From: Octopus sinensis
Taxonomy: Eukaryota
NCBI RefSeq assembly: GCF_006345805.1
Contig: NC_043001.1
Location: forward strand, 1,922,001-1,986,000
Direction: 5' to 3'
Length of the DNA stretch: 64,000 nucleotides
This document shows, one piece after another, positions 53,486 to 64,000 of the stretch. The translations under genes and the position numbers were made by a program. The stretch's first letter is position 1, and each line of letters begins with the position of its first letter. The notes under the pieces were generated by a model, which had not been told where the DNA came from, made no database searches, and was given only the letters and a program-made list of their open reading frames with translations.

Positions 53486-53517
<32 letters not shown>

Positions 53518-53693
53518 ATATATATTATATATATATAAAATACAAAATGGGACAGGAATGCAAAACATCCAGAAGACGATACAAAAAACACGGACGGATC
53601 ATTCGAAGCCTTTAATTTTCAGTCAAGAACCGATCATCCTCGCAATTTCAGTATATATATATATGTATATATGTATATGTATATATATGTATA

Positions 53694-53743
<50 letters not shown>

Positions 53744-53802
53744 TATATATATTATATATATATGTATAGGAAGGTTTGGAGATGATGTACAGGTATTATA
53801 TA

Positions 53803-54012
53803 TAGAAAAATTGAGGTAATCAGATCAGATGGTTCATATTTGTAGATATTTATTTATATATTACATTTTTTACATATAATCATATCATTCGGATTAGCGC
53901 TTGCTCCCATTCTAGTGGGTTTTCAAATCAAATCAGTTGTGGGTAGTTTGAACCTTTTTATAGTTTCGTAGTAGTGGGTGAGGAGGAAGTGAGACAGAGA
54001 GAAAAAATATGT

Positions 54013-54044
<32 letters not shown>

Positions 54045-54272
54045 CGTGTGGTGTGTGTGTGTGCGCATTTATATCTGAGAGTGAAGAAGTGTTATTTCCG
54101 TTGGTCTGCTGGACCCCCTGTGGTTTTATAAGAACTTTGGCTGTCCATTTCAATGTCACTGAGTGTGTGTTGTGCATAGGTTGGCCTGGCAAATGTCATT
54201 TGGGGTCACACTTTCTATGATCATTCTGTGGAGGTGTGTGTGTGTGTGTGTCTCTGTGTGTCTGTGTGTGTT

Positions 54273-54306
<34 letters not shown>

Positions 54307-57205
54307 TGTGTGTGTGTGTGTCTGTGTGTTTGGAGAAGGGGAGAGAGACAAAAAGAGAAAAGGGAAAATAAAAATAATAATAATAAAAATAAAAAATTAA
54401 AAAAAAAAATTAAAAAATAAAATAAAATAAAATAAACAAAAAATAAAGAATAAATAAAAATATAAAGAATAAATAAAGATATAAAGAATAAAAAATAAAA
54501 AAATAAAAATAAAAATAAAAATAAAAATAAGGGAGGAAGTGGAGAAGAAAAAATATTTTTGTGTGTTGATATTTATACCAACACATATATATACACACAC
54601 ACAGACTTATACATAAAATATTTGAAAAAACCTTTTTATCGGTTCAAAATGAACAACCAAATTATACCATCTTGAAAGTTGTATGTCATAGGAAAGTTAA
54701 AACTAAAGTGACATTAAAGGGTAAAGATGGAAGTGAATTATAAAGATAATAATATAATATGATGTATATAACAGGCAATACACACATCTACACACACACA
54801 GATTTTTCCTTCAATGTATGTTGAGTAAAGTTTCAGCCATTTAATTTGGGGGAGAACTTAGCTATGAAATGTTTTTCCATATTCCTCCTGAAGGGGGTGT
54901 CATTCTTCGGACACTTGTAGAAGGGAAATATCTTAAATTTTCCTTCTCCACATGTAGCTAGGTGTGTGCTTAGTGGTATTTTGCGTAGTTCTTCTGCCGA
55001 ATATGTTGTCGGTGGATCCTGGCTCGCTGGCACAAAGAATTACCAGTTTCTCCTACGTAATTCTCCTTGCATGTGGGGCAGGTTATGCAGTATATGACGT
55101 TCTGCGTCTTGCAGTTCATATCTGCATTTACTTTGAATATGACACCATTTTTAAATCTTATCTCTCTGTTGCTCTCTATGTATTTGTAGGTGGGGTTGCT
55201 GCAGGTCCCACATCTACCATCTCCGCACTCTTTTGCAAAGAATTCCGTTTTAGTTTCTGAAGAGAATTTCGCTCTTGTTAGGTGTTTTTTAGGTTTTTGT
55301 CCTGTCGTCTACTGTTTTTTATGCTATATTTGTTTAATATGTTTTTCATTTTGGGGCTCTGTAAGGCTATTGGTAGGTTTGAATGTATGGTTTGGAAGAT
55401 GTTGGTAACTCCAGGGTTGTGTGTGTTTATAAAAGGGATAGTGTTTTCTTTGTTTTTTGTTTTGGGTGTCCTGAGTTGTGTGATGTCTAGTTTTAATGCT
55501 CTTGTGATTCCATTATTTTTGCTCTAGGAGGAAGCTTTTGAGTTCATCTAGTCTTATTAATCGTATTTGTGAATCAGTTACTATGCTACATATTCGTCGT
55601 GCCATACTATATGGGATGTTTCTTTTGTGTGGGATGGGTGGCAGGAGTGGAAATTTAAGTATTGATGTGTGTCAGTTTTTTGTAGTGGATGTCTGTTGTG
55701 ACGATGGAGTTGTGTATTTTGATGTTGATGTCTAGGAAGGGAAGTTCGTTGTGGCTGGTATCTATTGTGAAATTGATAGATGGGTGCAGCGTATTGAGGA
55801 TGTTGTGGAATGTTTGTAGGTCCTCTTCTGATCTGTTCCAAAAGATGAAACAGTCATCGAGGTAGCGTTTCCACTTTTTCTTGATGTCTTCTCTGAAGTC
55901 GTGTTCGAAGACTTTCCCTATTTCGTCATATAGTTTTTTCTCCAGGAAGCCCATCACTAGGTTGGCATATGAAGGTGCGAATTTTGTACCCATAGCCGTG
56001 CCTTTATCTGTCGGTATGTCTTGTTGTTGAATGAGAATGTGTTTTCTTCTAGTATTAGTTGGGTGGCTTGGGTGATAAAGTTTGTCTTGAAGCGTTCATC
56101 TATAAGTTCTCTGTATTTTTCTATTGATTGTTTTATAGCTTCTAGACCTAGGGTGTGTGGTATGTTTGTGTATAGATTTGTGACATCAAAGCTTGCAAGT
56201 ATGGTGTTTTTCGGGACTGTATTTGGAATGTGTGTGAGGAAGTCTATGTCATCCCTTATGTAGCTTGGAATCTGTGGGCATAGAGGTTTGAGGAGTATAT
56301 CTATGAAGTGGCTTAGTTGTTGTGTTGGTGCCTGGGGTCCTGCCACTATTGGTCTCATCGTGAGGTCTGCAGGTCTTTGTACTCTTATGTAGTGGTTCCT
56401 CTGTTCCTTTATGGCTCTCTGTATTTCCGAGCTTTTATGAATTTTAGGTAATCCATAAAAGTTGCTTTCTTTGGTTTGTGAGTTGCATAGATAATCTTCC
56501 TCCTTATCTGTAAAGGAGTCCTGATATTCATTGACTAAAGTTCTAGTTTTTCTTATTGTTGTTTTCTCCGGTGGTGTTGGTTCCTCTTTGTAATATGTCT
56601 GGTTGTTCAGTAACTCTAGTATCTTTTCTTTGTAGTAATCTGTGTCCATAATTACTATTGCTCCACCTTTGTCAGCTTCTTTTATAACGATTGATTTGTC
56701 ATTTTTCAGTTTTTGTAGGGCTTGCTTTTCTTCTCTGCGGAGATTCTGTTTGCATTTGTGTGTGTGAGAGAGGGAATTTGGATATTGTTTCTATGTACGT
56801 GTCAAGGTGTTTGTCACTTCCCTTGTAAGGGGTGAAGTGGGATTTTTTTCTTATGATTGAGTTATCTTCTGTTTCTTTATTTTCAAAGAATTCCATAAGG
56901 CGGAGGTAGCGGCTGAAGTTATCTATGTCAGTTTTTAGTTCTATGAGGTTTGGAGTGGGTGTAGGTGTAAATTTGAGGCCTTTTAGTAGTAGGTTCATTT
57001 CATATTCGTCAAGTTCTCTTTTAGATAAGTTTATTATTTTGGGGTCTATGTGTTTTGGGAGTCATCCGGAATTTTGGTGTATTGGGTCTGGAGTATGGTT
57101 GAAGTATCCTCTCCCTAAAAAATGGGTTGTGTTGTTACGTCTCAAATTCCATTTTCAGTTCTTAGGTTTTCTTGTAGTTGGGGTGGTCTGTGTGGTGTAT
57201 GTGTT
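53803..57205 (-). mobile_element. Penelope-like element, left arm of palindrome (RT + GIY-YIG + ~1 kb 3' region)
   Basis: ORF pieces INLS..LLLKGLKFTPTP; FYGLPKIHK; RPIVAG; FDVTNLYTNIP; MGTKFAPSYANL; RYLDDCF; LPFLDI; EN VIYCITC..YVGET..PKLNG*. Frameshifted. Confidence 0.95.
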
Positions 57206-60110
57206 AGACCACCCCACACTACAAGAAAACCTAAGAACTGAAAATGGAATTTGGAGACGTAACAACACAACCCATTTTTTAGGGAGAGGATACTTCAACC
57301 ATACTCCAGACCCAATACACCAAAAATTCCGGATGAACTCCCAAAACACATAGACCCCAAAATAATAAAACTTATCTAAAAGAGAACTTGACGAATATGA
57401 AATGAACCTACTACTAAAAGGCCTCAAATTTACACCTACACCCACTCCAAACCTCATAGAACTAAAAACTGACATAGATAACTTCAGCCGCTACCTCCGC
57501 CTTATGGAATTCTTTGAAAATAAAGAAACAGAAGATAACTCAATCATAAGAAAAAAATCCCACTTCACCCCTTACAAGGGAAGTGACAAACACCTTGACG
57601 CATACATAGAAACAATATTCAAATTCCCTCCTCACACACACAAATGCAAACAGAATCTCCGCAGAGAAGAAAAGCAAGCCCTACAAAAACTGAAAAATGA
57701 CAAATCAATCGTTATAAAAGAAGCTGACAAAGGTGGAGCAATAGTAATTATGGACACAGATTACTACAAAGAAAAGATACTAGAGTTACTGAACAACCAG
57801 ACATATTACAAAGAGGAACCACACCACCGGAGAAAACAACAATAAGAAAAATTAGAACTTTAGTCAATGAATATCAGGACTCCTTTACAGATAAGGAGGA
57901 AGATTATCTATGCAACTCACAACCAAAGAAAGCAACTTTTATGGATTACCTAAAATTCATAAAAGCTCGGAAATACAGAGAGCCATAAAGGAACAGAGGA
58001 ACCACTACATAAGAGTACAAAGACCTGCAGACCTCACGATGAGACCAATAGTGGCAGGACCCCAGGCACCAACACAACAACTAAGCCACTTCATAGATAT
58101 ACTCCTCAAACCTCTATGCCCACAGATTCCAAGCTACATAAGGGATGACATAGACTTCCTCACACACATTCCAAATACAGTCCCGAAAAACACCATACTT
58201 GCAAGCTTTGATGTCACAAATCTATACACACATACCACACACCCTAGGTCTAGAAGCTATAAAACAATCAATAGAAAAATACAGAGAACTTATAGATGAA
58301 CGCTTCAAGACAAACTTTATCACCCAAGCCACCCAACTAATACTAGAAGAAAACACATTCTCATTCAACAACAAGACATACCGACAGATAAAAGGCACGG
58401 CTATGGGTACAAATTTCGCACCTTCATATGCCAACCTAGTGATGGGCTTCCTGGAGAAAAAACTATATGACGAAATAGGGAAAGTCTTCGAACACGACTT
58501 CAGAGAAGACATCAAGAAAAAGTGGAAACGCTACCTCGATGACTGTTTCATCTTTTGGAACAGATCAGAAGAGGACCTACAAACATTCCACAACATCCTC
58601 AATACGCTGCACCCATCTATCAATTTCACAATAGATACCAGCCACAACGAACTTCCCTTCCTAGACATCAACATCAAAATACACAACTCCATCGTCACAA
58701 CAGACATCCACTACAAAAAAACTGACACACATCAATACTTAAATTTCCACTCCTGCCACCCATCCCACACAAAAGAAACATCCCATATAGTATGGCACGA
58801 CGAATATGTAGCATAGTAACTGATTCACAAATACGATTAATAAGACTAGATGACTCAAAAGCTTCCTCCTAGAGCAAAAATACCCCCCCTTAAACTAATA
58901 GAAAATGGAATCACAAGAGCATTAAAACTAGACATCACACAACTCAGGACACCCAAAACAAAAAACAAGAAAACACTATCCCTTTTATAAACACACACAA
59001 CCCTGGAGTTACCAACATCTTCCAAACCATACATTCAAACCTACCAATAGCCTTACAGAGCCCCAAAATGAAAAACATATTAAACAAATATAGCATAAAA
59101 AACAGTAGACGACAGGACAAAAACCTAAAAAAACCCTAACAAGAGCGAAATTCTCTTCAGAAACTAAAACGGAATTCTTTGCAAAAGAGTGCGGAGATGG
59201 TAGATGTGGGACCTGCAGCAACCCCACCTACAATACATAGAGAGCAACAGAGAGATAAGATTTAAAAATGGTGTCATATTCAAAGTAAATGCAGATATGA
59301 ACTGCAAGACGCAGAACGTCATATACTGCATAACCTGCCCCACATGCAAGGAGAATTACGTAGGAGAAACTGGTAATTCTTTGTGCCAGCGAGCCAGGAT
59401 CCACCGACAACATATTCGGCAGGAAGAACTACGCAAAATACCACTAAGCACACACCTAGCTACATGTGGAGAAGGAAAATTTAAGATATTTCCCTTCTAC
59501 AAGTGTCCGAAGAATGACACCCCCTTCAGGAGGAATATGGAAAAACATTTCATAGCTAAGTTCTCCCCCAAATTAAATGGCTGAAACTTTACTCAACATA
59601 CATTGAAGGAAAAATCTGTGTGTGTGTAGATGTGTGTATTGCCTGTTATATACATCATATTTATTATTATCTTTATAATTCACTTCCATCTTTACCCTTT
59701 AATTGTCACTTTAGTTTTAACTTTCCTATGACATACAACTTTCAAGATGGTATAATTTGTTTGTTTCATTTTGAACCGATAAAAAGGTTTTTTCAAATAT
59801 TTTATGTATAAGTCTGTGTGTGTGTATATATATGTGTTGGTATAAATATCAACACACAAAAATATTTTTTCTTCTCCACTTCCTCCCTTATTTTTATTTT
59901 TATTTTTATTTTATTTTTTTATTTTTTATTCTTTATATTTTTATTTATTCTTTATATTTTTTTATTTTATTTTTTATTTTTTGTTTTTATTTTATTTTAT
60001 TTTATTTTTTTAATTTTTTAAATTTTTTTATTTTTATATTATTTTTATTTTCCCTTTTCTCTTTTGTCTCTCTCCCCCTCTCCAAACACACAGACACACA
60101 CACACACACA

Positions 60111-60149
<39 letters not shown>

Positions 60150-60372
60150 CAAAACACACACAGACCACAGAACACACACACACACACACCTCCACAGAAT
60201 GATCATAGAAAGTGTGACCCCAAATGACATTTGCCAGGCCAACCTATGCACAACACCACTCAGTGACATTGAAATGGACAGCCAAAGTTCTTATAAAACC
60301 ACAGGGGGTCCAGCAGACCAACGGAAATAACACTTCTTCACTCTCAGATATAAATGCGCACACACACACACA

Positions 60373-60403
<31 letters not shown>

Positions 60404-60618
60404 TACACACATATTTTTTCTCTCTTCTCACTTCCTCCTCACCCACTACTACGAAACTATAAAAAGGTTCAAACTACCCACAACTGATTTGATTTGAAAA
60501 CCCACTAGAATGGGAGCAAGCGCTAATCCGAATGATATGATATATATGTAAAAAATGTAATATATAAATAAATATCTACAAATATGAACCATCTGATCTG
60601 ATTACCTCAATTTTTCTA
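57206..60618 (+). mobile_element. Penelope-like element, right arm of palindrome (Neptune-like: Cys linker and C-terminal GIY-YIG)
   Basis: ORFs 57402-57845, 57910-58299, 58199-58816 and 59204-59584 are one frameshifted ORF. YLDD at 58532-58543; linker EC.DGRCGTC; EN NC..NVIYCITCPTC..YVGET..R..H..H. Confidence 0.95.
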
Positions 60619-60646
60619 ATATATATGTATATATATATATATATAT

Positions 60647-60840
60647 TACGGAGATGTACATGCATAGCAAGTGACTTGATCTGAGATCGTATGCTGGAAC
60701 GAAAACAATTGCAGCGTGGAAGGTGTTTATAAGCCATTTGAGAAACCCAGAAAATCCGTTAGATTCACTTTAACATTTAAATTTGATTTGTCAAAATATT
60801 TTCGTCGCTTTGAGATCGCGACCTGTTCACTGACAAAGCT
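60647..60840 (-). mobile_element. Non-coding hammerhead-bearing module ending in (TA)n
   Basis: Homologous to 40705-40870. Minus-strand layout: HHR, ~140 nt, then (TA)n at 60619-60646. Confidence 0.8.
60787..60837 (-). ncRNA. Minimal type-I hammerhead, G3-C8 core variant (GUGAACA)
   Basis: Minus: UUUGUCA GUGAACA G GUCGC gaucucaaa GCGAC GAA AAUAUU U UGACAAA. Perfect 7-bp stem I, 5-bp stem II, palindromic stem III. Confidence 0.75.
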
Positions 60841-61894
60841 TTATTGATGCATCTCTGAGATGCAGCATGAAGCTTTGTATATATGATTTTAATTTATAGT
60901 GTTAATAATTTTGATATAAATGATATTTAAGATAATAAAAATAACCATGATATAATCTGTAGATATCATATACATGCTTGCATATATCTATGTATATGTG
61001 TAAATATGCATGCATCACTGCATGGATGAATATTTGTAAGTATATTTTTGTATATATGTATGTGTGTGTGTGTGTGTGTATGGATTCATAGGATCTTGTG
61101 GCTCCTCTAGCAGACTTGACCAGCAGACCACATGAGTAATCCAATAGAGAGGAGCAAGATTCAGGATTCTCTGCAGCTGCAATCCAGGAGATCTGATCGA
61201 TGAGATTATTTCATGAGGAGTATATAAATCATAAAAATGTCAGGAGGAACGAGTATTTCAACTATTTGTCATTCTATAGATTGTGGCCATTTCAAAGCCT
61301 TCATCACATAATAATATTTAAATTTCTGCTCTAATATGTATGCTAAGTATTATACAATACAATTGAATATTTACTAAACAGGGCAGACAGAGGAAGCTGG
61401 CTACCAGGTCACCAAAACACACTAGTTCTTCAACTCTTATATAGTATTTTGTCATCGTTTTATGGTTGAATTTCTTTCGTATTTCCAACCTCTTTATAAA
61501 GTATACTTGGTACATGGTATCGTTGGGCCAGCAAAAGAGAATCTGTTTTGCCCCTGCTCATTCTTTTATTTTTACAAATACCATTAGTAAAAAAAGTCAG
61601 GCTTCTTAATGTTATCTTTGTATGTGAGCTCCTATTTTTCTCACTTGTCTAAGAGGGAGGAGTGCCGGATCGAGTGGATAATAGAAGAGTAAAAGCAGAA
61701 AAGAACCAGAGTAGTAGGGCTTAGAGAGTGATAAAAGAGAAAAAGGAATAATGGAAGAGAGGTTGATAAGCAGGTACACGAGGATTGTTGGTAAGGAGAT
61801 TGGATAGAAACAAAGGGATTGTGTGACACCAAAGATTTTGATGAAGGAAAATGGTATTTTCTTGTAGTATCAAGTTAATTCGATAATTTGAAGG

Positions 61895-61990
61895 ACTAGC
61901 AAGGGGTCTACTTTGCCAGCTACTTTAAGCATTTCAGTGACTTATTGTGATGGTCAAGCTGCTTTCCCTGTCTTGATACCATTCATCATG
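61895..61990 (-). mobile_element. Small RTE RT fragment
   Basis: KTGKAA*PS..TEMLKVAG, homologous to 12990-13060. Confidence 0.45.
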
Positions 61991-62200
61991 CTCTGGGCTA
62001 TATTAACCAGGCATAGCTGTGTAGTTAAAAAGATTGCTTCTCAACCGTAAGATTTCAGGTTCATTCACACTTTGAAGCACCTTGGGCAAGTGTCTTCTAC
62101 CACAACCCTGGACCAACAAAAACCTTATGAATTGATTTGCTAGACCAGAAACTGAAAGAGACCTGTTTTGTGTGTGTGTGTATGTTTATTTAATATGCAC

Positions 62201-62506
62201 ATATCACCGTGATTGACCAAACTATGAGATGTTGCTATACACATTGCTGGTCACAATGCGCTTCGCATTGTTTTAGCCTTCAAATGATGCCACCCCACTG
62301 GCTAAGCAGGCAGGTCAACAGAAGAAAGAGTGAGAGAAAGTTGTGGTGAACGAATACAGCAGGGATCGCCACCCTCCCCCTGCCGGAGCTTCATGGAGCT
62401 TTAGGTGTTTTCACTCAATAAACACTCACAATGCCCAGTCTGGGAATCGAAACTGCGACCTACAACCGTGAGTCCGCTGCCCTAACCACTAGGCCATTGC
62501 ACCTCC
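62201..62506 (-). mobile_element. tRNA-derived SINE (family of 33745-34050)
   Basis: Full-length reverse complement of 33745-34050. Confidence 0.85.
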
Positions 62507-63199
62507 ACAATATGCAAATATATATTGCAAAAATATTCGCATAGAAATTGCCAAAACTGTTTTAATATTTGGTTAAAGAAGTAAAATTGTCTTCTTTCTG
62601 TGAAATATGTACAATCAGTTTCTAATGACTTATAACTCATCCTCGTCTACTTCTCTTCCTCTTTCTCCTCTTTCTTCTTCATCTTTTCTTTTATCTTGCT
62701 TTTCTTCTTGTTTTCCTTCTGTTTCTTCTAATGACTTTGAATACTATTTTGAATATTCATAGAGCACCACAGCTTTGTAATTCCGCAGAAACCTCTTCCT
62801 CTTCATAATTCCTCTCTGTCCTCATCTCCTCATCACACTCTCTAACTTCCAAAAAGGAATCTGAATTCCATTTCATTTCAGCAAAGGGAAACTTCTAGCC
62901 ATTATCAAATTGCCTCATTTTGCTTTTATTTGGGATTTCATTTATTTGAATATAAGGTATGCTTAATTAATTTTATATGTCAAAACAGGAAAATAACTTA
63001 ATAAACTTGTTCACTTTCTTATTGAGGCAAACTATTCTGACTAAATTATAAAATTGCTTAATTAATAAAATGTCAGGATTAATTCTCTGATGACTTTTAA
63101 ATTATTTCATTTCAGTTTCATTTGCATATTCATCTTAACACAGATAATAACGAGTGAGAAGAATATTTGTATCCTTATATATCCGCGTGTGTATCACTC

Positions 63200-63335
63200 T
63201 CCCTATTTATGTATGTATATATATATGTGTGTGTGTGTACGTGTGTCAAAATGGATGAATGTATGTGTGAGTCTATATACATATACATAAATATATACAT
63301 ATATATACATATATATATGCATATATATACATATG

Positions 63336-63380
<45 letters not shown>

Positions 63381-63491
63381 ATAAATATATATATGCATGT
63401 GTATGTATGTACATATATATATATATATACATGTATGTATGTATATATGTATCTATACACATATGCATGTATATATGTGATTATTTCTGTG

Positions 63492-63525
<34 letters not shown>

Positions 63526-64000
63526 TTTATTCGTATATATGCAGTGAATGCTTATGTCTCTCTTTCTCTCTTGCTCTCTCCCTCTCTCTCTCTCGCTCTC
63601 GCTCGCTCTCTCTCTCCCTCTCCCCCCCTCTCTCTCTCTGTAAATGTGTATGTATGTGTGCATGTTTTTGTATTTATGTATGTAAATCAATGCCTTCTAC
63701 TTAGAAGCTGACAGAGTTTGTCAAGTGTGAGAGATCAGAGAACTCCAGATGCCACTGTCTAGAATGAATAGCCTTATATATTTAGTTAATGACACTGCAT
63801 CATCATCATAACCATCACCACCAACATCACCACTATCATCATCATCATGAACAATATCATCACTGTCGTCATCTATATCCTCATCATCATCATGGTCATG
63901 TTCATCATCATCAACATCATCATAAGCATCGTCATCATTATCATCGTGTCACCATCATCATCATCATCATCATCATTATCAACATCACCATCATTGTCAT
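63200..64000. repeat. TA/TG, CT and CAT simple-repeat region
   Basis: Seen directly. Confidence 0.85.

Noticed and set aside
53535-53660. Minus-strand CTGAAAA..GAAT and GAAATTGC motifs at the palindrome's left end as a hammerhead
   Set aside because: No pairing stem II, and any 5' half is replaced by a TA tract.
33745-62506. tRNA genes, rRNA or CRISPR arrays
   Set aside because: tRNA-like A/B boxes belong to multi-copy SINE heads without complete cloverleaves. No rRNA seen. The DNA is eukaryotic and has no repeat-spacer arrays.
359-63704. Numerous long low-complexity ORFs (poly-I, YI, HT, MYVC, poly-H, poly-E, etc.)
   Set aside because: They are translations of microsatellites lacking stop codons, not genes.

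Overview
AT-rich, repeat-saturated animal genomic DNA, intergenic or deep-intronic. It is probably an octopus/cephalopod; this is inferred from the SINE/LINE repertoire as I recall it, not from a search. I find no confident host exon. Most short ORFs in the supplied track are translated microsatellites. The real coding remnants all belong to mobile elements: (1) a ~6.8 kb head-to-head palindrome of a nearly complete Penelope-like element (PLE; RT plus C-terminal GIY-YIG) at 53803-60618 with a 16-nt spacer; (2) a second, 5'-truncated PLE family at ~25190-26530; (3) several R4/Dong-like RLE non-LTR fragments sitting in (TAA)n tracts; (4) RTE and CR1/Jockey LINE fragments; (5) a decayed hAT transposase; (6) many tRNA-derived and LINE-tail SINEs, a perfect-TIR MITE and abundant simple repeats. 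The most notable hidden layer is a set of six minimal type-I hammerhead ribozyme motifs (four complete, one degenerate, one partial). They carry four different catalytic-core versions: CUGACGA, CUGUUGA, UUGACAA and GUGAACA. The last two show compensatory changes of the C3-G8 tertiary pair. Five of the six lie in short non-coding modules that end in (TA)n tracts.
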